In this document: piece by piece, positions 11,469-21,647 of the stretch | Numbering within the stretch: position 1 is the first letter of the stretch | Layout: each line of letters begins with the position of its first letter | From: Octopus bimaculoides | Taxonomy: Eukaryota | Reading direction: 5' to 3' | Length of the DNA: 36,814 nucleotides | Assembly (NCBI RefSeq): GCF_001194135.2 | Contig: NC_068998.1 | Location: 11,383,389-11,420,202 of the forward strand | The notes under the pieces: generated by a model | The model's input: only the letters and a program-made list of their open reading frames with translations | Told to the model about the DNA's origin: nothing | The model's database searches: none | Position numbers and translations under genes: made by a program

Positions 11469-12508
11469 TTATATAATTATACTGTATGTGATATATTTCT
11501 TTCTTACACTGGACATTTATATTATTTTTTTTTAACTGTTGTATAGTACTGTTTTTTAGTTTCAAATTCCTTTTTTTTTTTTTTTAATATCATAACTAAT
11601 CAAGCTTATTGGCAAAGTAGACTTTGATATAAAACAATGGAGATTCTTTTATTTAATTTCCTTGTCAAGAATTTATGTGGTGTAATTTTAGTAGAATAAA
11701 TTTACAGTAAAACTCAACTGGATTTGATTTTATTTTTGACGTTATGAACCTTTATGCATTTAAACTGGCCAGCCCAAATATTCTTCTTCTTTTATGTTTA
11801 AATTGGTCAGATTCACTCATTTTTGTGCAAAATTTTACGCTTTGGGGTAGGGAAAAAAAACAGAAAAATTTTACACTTTGGGGTAGATTTCGTCAAATTG
11901 GTGTCACGACGGCTAGTGAGCAAGGTGCCTAAATTTTGCTTGAGAAATAAAATGCTCTTACCTAATCTAAAACAACGAACTGAAATAAGTTTTAGAAAAT
12001 CAAATCAGATTGCATTGAAATGCAGAATTAGCAAATGCTAAATAGATTACTGTTAATAAGCTGTCTGTTTATACCCATGAAACATTTTTCGTCAAATTTC
12101 GGATTGATGTCACGATGGCTAGTGCGAAAAATGCCAAAAACTTTACAATTTTTGAAAAATCAATGCTGATTAAAAATCGATTTTTGTTTTTTAAATTCCA
12201 AGTGCATAAGTGACCGCATGGACATAAGCCCCACACACGTGTCAAGTTTCATCAAGGTCTGTTGGATAGTTACTAAGGAGTTAAAGTAACAAACACACAA
12301 ACTTTTCATTAATTCACGCCTAATTCCTACTTTACCTTGTACTTTCTTTATATTAACCATGTCCTTTTAGTATCTCTGCAAAAGGCTTATAATTTTATAT
12401 TTTTGATAGTGTACAAGTGAATTGTCTCCCTTTATGTCAATGGGCATTTTTATCTTACAAGAACGAAGTCACAAGTACCAGGGTTGATATAATCAACTAA
12501 ACACCCTT

Positions 12509-12628
12509 GAAGATGGTGCTCCAGCATGGCTGCTTTCCAATGACTAAAAGCAGGCAAATAATAAAGGAGAAGATGGTGCTCCAGCATGGCTGCTTTCCAA
12601 TGACTAAAAGCAGGCAAATAATAAAGGA
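12509..12628 (+). repeat. Perfect 2 x 60-bp tandem duplication of a SINE-3'-like segment
   Basis: GAAGATGGTGCTCCAGCATGGCTGCTTTCCAATGACTAAAAGCAGGCAAATAATAAAGGA occurs twice head-to-tail. Confidence 0.95.
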
Positions 12629-12664
12629 GGACGTGTAAAAGTTTTCTTGACTCATTTGATGATA

Positions 12665-12876
12665 CAGGGTGGCCCAAAAGTAGATTTACAGTTATCACGT
12701 AGGCACTTTAAATTTCTTTTAAAACATTATATTGCATTGAAATTTCTGTCTTACAATTAACTAAATTAGCATAGAATAATGGTTTCGTATTTTTTTATAA
12801 TTAAGATCTAAACTGTTAATATATGAATGCAAAAGAGATAGTTGAATAACTGTAAAGCTACTTCTGGGCCACCCTG
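12665..12876. mobile_element. Tc1/mariner-type MITE, 212 bp
   Basis: TA|CAGGGTGGCCCAAAAGTAGATTTACAGTTAT...ATAACTGTAAAGCTACTTCTGGGCCACCCTG|TA: about 31-bp TIR with 2 mismatches and TA TSD. Confidence 0.88.
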
Positions 12877-13453
12877 TATGTTCTCTCTTCTCCGCTAATC
12901 TGATGGTAGAAATGTCTCTCTACTTGCAACCTTAAGAACCAAAGTAATGTTCTGTTGCAAAAGTGGTTGGCATTAGAAAGGGCACCCAATCATAAACACC
13001 ATGTCAAAACAGCAGAACCTGATGTAGTCCTTAAGCTTGCTTTCCAGCTCCTGTCAAACTGTCCAACCCATGTCAGCATGGAAGCTGGATGTTAAATGAG
13101 GATGATGATGATTATATATATATATATTAATATTTAGCAGAAGTAACAGAGTGACTCAAGGTCCGAGAGTTTCGTGCATTGGCCCCAGAGCTATAATAGA
13201 CAACACTTGTCCAAGGCACCACACAATGGAACTGAATCTGAAACCATGTAGTTGGGAAGTAAATTTCTTAACAGAGCCACGTCTGTACCTGTGTGTGTGC
13301 TTGCTTCAAATTGTTACTATGTGACATGCCATTTATATTTCTCATGTTCCTTAGCAAAGCAGTTTCATTATATGAACGAAATACAAGCACCTTGAGAAAC
13401 AAAAAAAAAACATAGGTTAACGACAGAAAGCGCATCAATATCTCTCATCTATC

Positions 13454-13930
13454 NNNNNNNNNNNNNNNNNNNNNNNNNNNNNNNNNNNNNNNNNNNNNNN
13501 NNNNNNNNNNNNNNNNNNNNNNNNNNNNNNNNNNNNNNNNNNNNNNNNNNNNNNNNNNNNNNNNNNNNNNNNNNNNNNNNNNNNNNNNNNNNNNNNNNNN
13601 NNNNNNNNNNNNNNNNNNNNNNNNNNNNNNNNNNNNNNNNNNNNNNNNNNNNNNNNNNNNNNNNNNNNNNNNNNNNNNNNNNNNNNNNNNNNNNNNNNNN
13701 NNNNNNNNNNNNNNNNNNNNNNNNNNNNNNNNNNNNNNNNNNNNNNNNNNNNNNNNNNNNNNNNNNNNNNNNNNNNNNNNNNNNNNNNNNNNNNNNNNNN
13801 NNNNNNNNNNNNNNNNNNNNNNNNNNNNNNNNNNNNNNNNNNNNNNNNNNNNNNNNNNNNNNNNNNNNNNNNNNNNNNNNNNNNNNNNNNNNNNNNNNNN
13901 NNNNNNNNNNNNNNNNNNNNNNNNNNNNNC
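13454..13930. other. Assembly gap (477 N)
   Basis: Run of N; the two long X-filled ORFs in the track are artefacts of it. Confidence 1.
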
Positions 13931-14228
13931 CAATACTTATTCTATCAGTCTCTTTTTGCCGAACCGCTAAGTTACGGGGATGTAAACACGCCACCATCGG
14001 TTATCAAGCAATGTTGGGGGGGACAAACATAGACACACTAACATACACACACACATACATATATACGACGAGCTTCTTTCAGTTTCCGTCTACCAAATCC
14101 ACTCACAAGGCTTTGGTTGGCCCGAGGCTACAGTAGAAGACACTTGCCCAAGGTGCCACGCAGTGGGATTGAACCCAGAACCATGTGGTTGGTCAGCAAG
14201 CTACTTACCACACAGCCACTCCTACACC
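13931..14228 (-). mobile_element. SINE family A, running into the gap
   Basis: Reverse complement of the family A head and body. Confidence 0.82.
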
Positions 14229-14277
14229 TAATTTTTTTTCTTCTTATTTTCTTTTTTAATTAATCAGAAATTAAGCT

Positions 14278-14530
14278 TGCATGCTCCACTGGATGGGTAA
14301 TGTCCAGTGTGCATACACGACAGTGTAAATGATTTAAGAGGAAAACTGGGTATAAGAGGCAAGAGAGAAGACTGCACTGGTTTGGTCATGTGATGAGGAC
14401 AGCTGCATAAAGAAGTGCCAAGCTCTAATTGTGGAGGGGGTAGACCCAGGAAAACTTGGGTTGAAGTGGTGAGAAAGGATCTTCAGACGCTGGGCCTCAC
14501 CGAGAAAGTGACAAGGGAGGTGAATTGCTG
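14278..14530 (+). mobile_element. Decayed RTE-like LINE 3' fragment
   Basis: Broken frames give ...DLR.KLGIRG...RRLHWFGHV.R...SCIKKCQALIVEG..RPRKTW.EVVRKDLQTLGLTE, i.e. the W.GH...GRP..W pattern of LINE ORF ends. Confidence 0.7.
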
Positions 14531-14841
14531 TACTTGAGATGTCATCCATACAAACAGGCTTGTCTTTTATAGGTACTGGTGCCGTATAAAATGCACTCGT
14601 GCCGCTGCCACATACGTGCACTTGTGTCAGTGGCACACAAAAAGTACCCAGTACATTCTGTAAAGTGGTTGGCATTAAAAAGGGCATCCAGCTGTAGAAA
14701 CCATGCCACAACAGACAACTAGAGTCTGGACAGCTCTCTGACAGAAAAAACATCCCAGAATCAAGAACAGTGGAGAAGTCATTGATGGCCTATGCTCTTC
14801 AGGGAGTAAAGGGCTTAAAGAAAGATTCTAAGCAAACTTAC

Positions 14842-15974
14842 TTGCGTACAAGATGTAGAGGACAAGTGAAGAGGAATCCACCATCTCTGATGACACCCAT
14901 TCCAGCTGATTTGCCTTGACTGTTGATACAAACGATTTCTGATTCCATGTCCTTGTTAGCAACCAATATTTTGCCATACAATAAATCTCCAACCTAAAAA
15001 CAAAGTAACAAACTATTTTTCACAGATCTCAGTCATGGGACTGCAGGGAGCACACAAAGGGAAAAATTAGGGAATTTATGTCTAACCAATATCTGTTATT
15101 TTTTCCCTTGTTTTAGTCACTGGACTGTGGCCATGCTGGACTATGGCCATGCCTTAACGGGTTAAGTCAAATAAATCAACCCCGTACTTATTTATCAGTC
15201 TATTTTGCTAAACACTAAGTTATGGGGATGTAAACAAACCAACACTGGTTTTCAAGTAGTGTTGGGGCACAAACACATATACAAAGACACATAAATACAG
15301 TGAGAGAGAGAGAGAGCTTCTTTCAGTTTCCATCTATTAAATCCACTCCCAAGGCCATAGTAGAAGACACTTGTCCAACGTTCTACACAGTGAGATTGAA
15401 CTCAGAACCATGTAGTTCTTACCAGAGCCACACCCATACCTGTAGCACACAAAAAATTATTTCATCTTCATGTTTCTGGAATGAGTCATTAGAAGAGAAA
15501 CTAACCAGTCTATCAATTCTTTATTTTTCATTTGTCAACAGAATTTTTTTTTTTTTTTTTTTAATTTTGTTAACACTTTGAATACCAAGCCATCAGAGAC
15601 TGCCTCTGATCTCCGATACAAATTTCTTGATTTAAAGCAATCTGCCTTGAAATCATCCATTGAAATTTCATTTTAACTTATGATCTAAACACCATCTTGA
15701 TATTGATGAAGTAATTTTACTAAATTCTTCATAATTTCCAAAATTAATTGAAACAAAATCAGTTTATTTCAACAGAAATATAGCAACAAAAGAGTTAAAT
15801 ATTCATAAAATATAGGTTCGGATGTGGCTGTGGGGTAAGAAGTTTGCTCCTCAACTGTATGGTTCCGGGATCAGTCTTACAACATGGCACATTAGACAAG
15901 TGTTTTCAACTGAAGTCTCAGGCCAATCAAAGCCTTGTGAGTGGATTTGGTAGACAGAAACTGAAAGAAGTCTG

Positions 15975-16030
<56 letters not shown>

Positions 16031-17259
16031 CTGTATTTGTCCCCTCACCACCGCTGTAACTTAGTGGTTCAACAAAACAATTCAACAGAATAAATATCAG
16101 ACTTAATAAGAATAAGTACCGAGGTTGATTCATTCAACTAACTAAAATTCTTCAAGGTGGTGCCCCAGCATGGCCACAGTCTAATGACTGAAACAAGATA
16201 AAACAATAAACTGGGATCAATTTAATTCGCTTCCCCCTCCCCTAAAATTGGTTGCCTCCGGCCAAATTTTGAAACCAATGTTATAAAGATCACAAAAAAA
16301 AAAAAAAAAACTAGGTATACATACTTTCACATCTGGTCTGTTACGTTTGTTGGCGCCTTCGAAAGACAGAAATGATAATCCGGCAGGTTCATTACTTCCA
16401 ATGTCCACCCTAAATACATCACCAGCTTTCATTGTGCAGATTCCAAGTACGTGGTCTCCTCGCACAGGAACATACTTTAAAATAACAATCAAAATATATA
16501 TATATGTATTAAAGTACTACTTTTTTAGTCTTCTAAGATTTCAGGACAATAGACACGAGTTAAAATAATAAAATAAGAACAGTAATAAACATTAGATTAA
16601 CTGGACTTCTGAAGGTTATTGTAAAACAAATATTGCAAATGTACCGGCTTCGCGTACTCTTTCCGTTAACGTTACATCTGGATCTTTTTAATCAAGATTG
16701 CTTTTATTGAGGTAGGCATGTCGCTCTTGTTAAAAGGTAAACAATCGAGATATTACAGTATTTAAACAATGAAAACATTCGATAATGAAAGTAAGTCGTG
16801 TGTGCGTGCGTGCGTGTCTGTGCATTCATACACAACAAGCTTCCGTCGATCAATTCCCCATACAAAGTAATGGTCGTGGTAGAAGTCACTTGTTGAAGAT
16901 TCCGCGCAGTAGAAAATCGAATCTAAAACCATGTGGTTGCACAATGAACTTCCAAATCCCACAGCCATGCTTGCACCCATTTGTAATTCATTTTTTATGT
17001 TGCATACATAAAGAAATACGAGCAGTCAAGTCTTATGAAAGCGACTACATACCCTACGTTGGTGACAGTCAATCCAGTAGGTGTTATGTTCTTTAAAACG
17101 AAGAATTCCAGGCTTTGTCACTAATACTTGTTTTTCCTGAACCCGTAATCCTGGCCCTAACACTATTTTATTCTCTTGTTCATCGACATCTTTCAAATCC
17201 CGAATAATTTCACCGGGAAGGAATAATTGATCAACACAACTCAGCACGTCGTCCGCCAT
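14842..17259 (-). CDS. EXOSC3: Exosome complex component RRP40, exons 1-3; 3'-partial (last exon not visible)
   Basis: complement(join(17053..17259,16325..16474,14842..14993)). Translation: [19 protein letters not shown]...[35 protein letters not shown]|[50 protein letters not shown]|[50 protein letters not shown](K). Donors GTATGT, GTATGT, GTAAGT with AG acceptors. S1-domain motifs YVP..GD.V.G and FEGA.KRNRP are typical of Rrp40. Confidence 0.95.
15574..15794. mobile_element. piggyBac-type MITE (family B)
   Basis: Flanked by TTAA at 15570-15573 and 15795-15798; homologous to 6782-6805 plus 7039-7216. Confidence 0.65.
15814..16205 (+). mobile_element. SINE family A, diverged full-length copy in EXOSC3 intron 2
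   Basis: Colinear with the family A consensus. Confidence 0.78.
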
Positions 17260-18277
17260 CTTGTTGCTAAGTAAAGCTAACTTCACTTTTTCATCCCTCT
17301 CAACCGTAATACATCATATTCTTTTACTTTCTTTTTAGATAACCATTTAATTGAATCTAAAATAATAATTATTATGTTTTTCGTTTGTTTTATATTTTAC
17401 TACAATGCTTTTATCCTTCGAAATCTACTTTCACTAAAACCAATCAGACTTACTTTGTTCGAAACTACATGTCCAGACTTATATATATTATCAGCTCCAC
17501 CAATTCCTAAATGCTAACTTAACCGGTTCGTCGTCTACATTTCTTTGAATGAACCTTTTTTTAATTATTATTTTAATTATCGTTATTTGGCGATCTTACG
17601 GTATGAGTCCTAAAGATCGGTATTTTCTTATTATTTAAATCTGTTCAAAGGGGAAATATATCCATTTAATGAATTAATCGCTAAACATGTCGCATTTTAG
17701 TGAAAAATGTACACTTGCATCTATCAAAACAAAAAGCAATATTCATGCACACCCTGTCCCTCTGCACACTGAGACAAGAAGATAAAATATTTTGGAAGTA
17801 TTATTGTCTCCAGATATGTGATATAATTCCCTCCCGGCATTGGATCATTATTAAATACGCTTTCTTTCCAGATTATGTAGTATTTTCCTTTTAATATAGA
17901 TCGGTACGGCTGCACGAGGAAGCCTCGACGTGGTTACTCGATACTCTAGAAACAGCAGCCAAACCTGCCTCAAATCATATTCCACTGGTTTAAATATGGA
18001 AGCTACTTATTGGATGTAGTCCTTGACAAATATTCTCACCCATCCCCCCAAAAAAGATGGGATGATGATGGTCAGAATTCCTTAGACCCGTGATTCTCAA
18101 CCAAGATTCATATGACCCTTGAGGCTCCACACGAGCAATATAGTAAATTGGGTACACACAGAACGCCAAGATTTTTTTTTTATAATTTTCATAAACATTT
18201 ATTTATACTGGAGAACTTTCATCTAATTCTTCCAAATCTTTCTGTTAAAACTATTGAAACCATTTATGGGGATTTTC

Positions 18278-18600
18278 TTTTTTTTTTTTTTTTTTTTTTT
18301 TTTATCTCAACTGGTCGCACGCCGTAAGGTTTAACGGAACCTATTGAAGCAAGCCAGCACGCTCGCAACGTTACCACGGGCGATTGCGAGGCTAAGGAGT
18401 TGGGAAAGCCAAACATCCTCACGAGCCTCACCTGACACATCGGTGAGGCGGGCTGCCAACGTTGACAGGAACTTCGCGGTTAGTGGCCCAGTCCCTCCGA
18501 ACGTCTCAAACGCCACAGGTTGGAAAGGATAGTTCACTGTCAGGACGGGTTTCTCTTCCGTTCAGCTACGAAAGCAGTGATCTTCTCATTAACTGCGACA
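18278..18600 (-). mobile_element. 5'-truncated non-LTR retrotransposon tail, CRE-like clade with restriction-like endonuclease C-terminus
   Basis: ORF 18331-18537: NYPFQPVAFETFGGTGPLTAKFLSTLAARLTDVSGEAREDVWLSQLLSLAIARGNVASVLACFNRFR*. AERKR lies just upstream in another frame. A 27-nt 3'UTR is followed by A26 (T run 18278-18303). About 56% GC by hand count. Confidence 0.75.
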
Positions 18601-18757
18601 TCCAGGAATACTTTATGGTAGATTGTTACAGTTTAATACTTCTCATATTTTCATATTGACCTGGAGAGGTCTAAGTTATTAGTACATGAGTCCTGTTTAG
18701 AATAGAAGTAAAAAAGAAAATGTTACCCAACTGCAGGATATTTTAGGAATTTTAACA

Positions 18758-19145
18758 GGCGCAGGAGTGGCTGTGTGGTAAGTAGCTTGCTTACCAACCA
18801 CATAGTTCCGGGTTCAGTCCCACTGCGTGGCATCTTGGGCAAGTGTCTTCTACTATAGCCTCGGGCCGACCAAAGACTTGTGAGTGGATTTGGTAGACGG
18901 AAGCTGAAAGAAGCCCGTCGTATATATGTATATATATATGTGTGTGTGTGTGTGTGTCCCTAGCATTGCTTGACAACTGATGCTGGTGTGTTTATGTCCC
19001 CGTCACTTAGCGGTTCGGCAAAAGAGACCGATAGAATAAGTACTAGGCTTACAAAGAATAAGTCCTGGGGTCGATTTGCTCGACTAAAGGCGGTGCTCCA
19101 GCATGGCCGCAGTCAAATGACTGAAACAAGTAAAAGAGTAAAAGA
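18758..19145 (+). mobile_element. Full-length tRNA-derived SINE (family A, octopus OR-type)
   Basis: Head GGCGCAGGAGTGGCTGTGTGGTAAG (A box) and GGTTCAGTCCC (B box), central (TA)n(TG)n tract, tail GACTGAAACAAGTAAAAGAGTAAAAG. Many copies in the window. Confidence 0.88.
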
Positions 19146-19816
19146 ATCAAACATGAAATTCCATATGTAAAATCACAAGTGTTTTCACAATTGCTTTTCC
19201 ATGATGATACGTGTCAAGCGTTTGAGGAAAGAGATAGGGGAAGGGGGAAGTAGACAACATCTGAAAAGATTGGGGGAGGGTTGAGGGGAGGGAGATGCAC
19301 AAGTTGGGGAGGCTGAAGGGATGCCATCAATCAGGTAGTAATGAATTATGTAAATAATATTTTCAAGTTTCTGCTACTGGTCTGGGGCTTAACAATGCTT
19401 TACATTTTATCATGAAATATCATTATCTATAATCAAGCATAACTTCCACTTCATAAGTAAGCCACATGATCAATATTTTCTGGAAATGAGCATTTTTTCC
19501 AACATAAAATCTATAAAAATTGCTCCTCTATTCCAATTAGAAATGCTAATGATTCAGTAACTACTGTCCAAACTAATGAAGGTATCTTTACATGGTTTCT
19601 GGATCTGCTAGAAATAGCAGCTAATCCTTCTTCAGGTCACACTCTACTGTCTTTTAAAAAAGAGAAGACACATTAGATCAAGGCTGCGGGCCGCAGACTT
19701 TCATCTCACAGCCTGCTTGGTACTTTCTTGAAACGGGTTTATTTAAACAAACATTTAAAAAATTTTATCAAAAATTAAAGATTTGTAATGAAAAGTAAAA
19801 AAGAAAGATACTACTA

Positions 19817-19951
19817 GGCACAGGAGTGGCTGTGTGGTAAGTAGCTTGCTTGCCAACCACATGGTTCCGGGTTCAGTCCCACAGCGTGGCACCTTGGGCA
19901 AGTGTCTTCTACTATAGCCTCGGGCTGACCAAAGCCTTGTGAGTGGATTTG
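19817..19951 (+). mobile_element. SINE family A, 5' half
   Basis: A/B-box head, ending at GAGTGGATTTGG. Confidence 0.8.
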
Positions 19952-20276
19952 GCTGCTAAAAAGCAGAGATGACTTTGGTGGAATTTGAACCCAGAACATA
20001 ATGACAGAAAAGATGCTGTTAAGCGTTTTGTCCAGTGTGCTAATGGTTCTACCAGCTTGCCACCTTATTGATACTAATAATACTAATAACTCTTAGGCAC
20101 AAGGGCTGAAATTTTGTGGGAGGGTTTTAGGGTTTTAGTTGAGAACATCAACCTCAGTACACAACTGGTACTTCTTTTATTGACCCTGAAACAATGAAAC
20201 TTCGAAAACGTTTCATTGATGCTATAATTCTTTTGCCGTAAAATAATTCAGAAGATTATTTTCTTTCAGATAAAGA

Positions 20277-21603
20277 ATGAGCAACCACATTGCAGACACT
20301 TTGCAACGCCATGAACACATTGTTAGAGAAGACCACTTGACACAACTCATCAACTTCATTTCCAAACACCAATGGATTTATGACTTCCAGTTTACAAAAT
20401 TCTTTGTGGAAGAAGTTTGGAAGAAGGCACCTGCAGGAGTAAGTTCTGTTACCTGAGATTTTTTTACCTCTTAGAATGTGAAATAGGATGTGCAGCTATT
20501 ATTCTTGATTGCCTTGGGTCAGCCTTGACCAAGCAGAACTTAGAATTCATCGTCATCATCATTGTCATCATCATTGTTGTTTTAACATCTGATTTTCCAT
20601 GCTTGCATCTTTTGGATCAGAACAAACTGGAGCTGAATTTTTTACAGCTGGATGCCTTTCCTGTTACCAACCCTGGAAGCAAACATCACTATTGAAATGA
20701 GCCTTTTTGTTTACAAAGACCATGCAACATATCAAGAAGCTCAGATATGGACTATCTTAGTGGACTATTATATACAACTAGCAAACACATGAAAATGAGG
20801 GGAAATAAGAACTCATTCACACACATGCACACGCACACACATACACATACACACACATATAAAATAGGCTTTTTTTTTGCAGTTTCTATCGAATCAATTC
20901 ACCAGGTTTTGGTTTGTTCAAAGCTATAGTAGAACACACATGCCCAAGGTGCCATGCATGGAGACTGTACCCAGAACCAGGTGGTTCAGAAGTAAATTTA
21001 CCACAAAGCCTCACCTGCACCTATTTTGTGTGTGTGTAGTAGGCATCCATCAGTCTTGGGAGGCCATGGATCTGCGCCCAAAGAAATCTTGTCAGCCGCT
21101 AATGGTGGAATAGAAGCTCCTGTGGCTGTAGAGGCCCACACCAGAGTGGCAGTCACACATACAGTGACTGCATTTGAAGGAGCTCACTGTCAGCACTACT
21201 GGCTTTTCCTTCTGACAAGTGTGTTCCTCTTTTTCTTCACCTCACTTCATCCCCTCTTGCAGTATTTGTCCCCAGCACGAGCGATCATTTGCAACCTCCT
21301 CCCATCTCAGAACATCCTGATCATGCGATCTCATATCTCTCTTGCAGAAGGAGTGAGCTTATGTGAGCACAAACATTTGATCACTATAACCAAATCATCT
21401 GCCTGGTTGTTCAGCAAGAATTTGCAGAAACCCTCATACATTGTTTAATGATGGGAGAGTCCATTATATATTTAAGAGTGGCTGTGTGGTGGTTCAGTCC
21501 CACTGCATGGCACCTTGATCAAGTGTCTTCTATTATAGCATTGGGCCAACCAAAGAAGCCTTGTGAGTGGATTTTGTAGACGGAAACTAAAAAAAACCCC
21601 TTC

Positions 21604-21647
<44 letters not shown>

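Noticed and set aside
13290-13400. Strong-looking minus-strand acceptor (T-run, GTTTCTCAAG) as a candidate EXOSC3 exon 4
   Set aside because: In the required phase it gives KCLYFVHIMKLLC* with no KH-domain similarity.
13445-13997. Two long ORFs (162 and 182 aa)
   Set aside because: They consist of X residues from the N gap.
14334-14753. 139-aa minus-strand ORF
   Set aside because: It is antisense to LINE and family C repeat sequence, with no protein motif.
17274-17286. Upstream in-frame start for EXOSC3 given by the ORF track (MKLALLSNK...)
   Set aside because: The ATG at 17259 has good context (AAGATGG) and gives a normal N-terminus, so I used it.
18758-18835. tRNA-like A and B boxes (also in other SINE heads)
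   Set aside because: They continue into SINE body and tail and occur in many diverged copies, so they are SINE heads, not tRNA genes.
21026-21448. 140-aa plus-strand ORF
   Set aside because: It is the antisense shadow of an RTE LINE relic.
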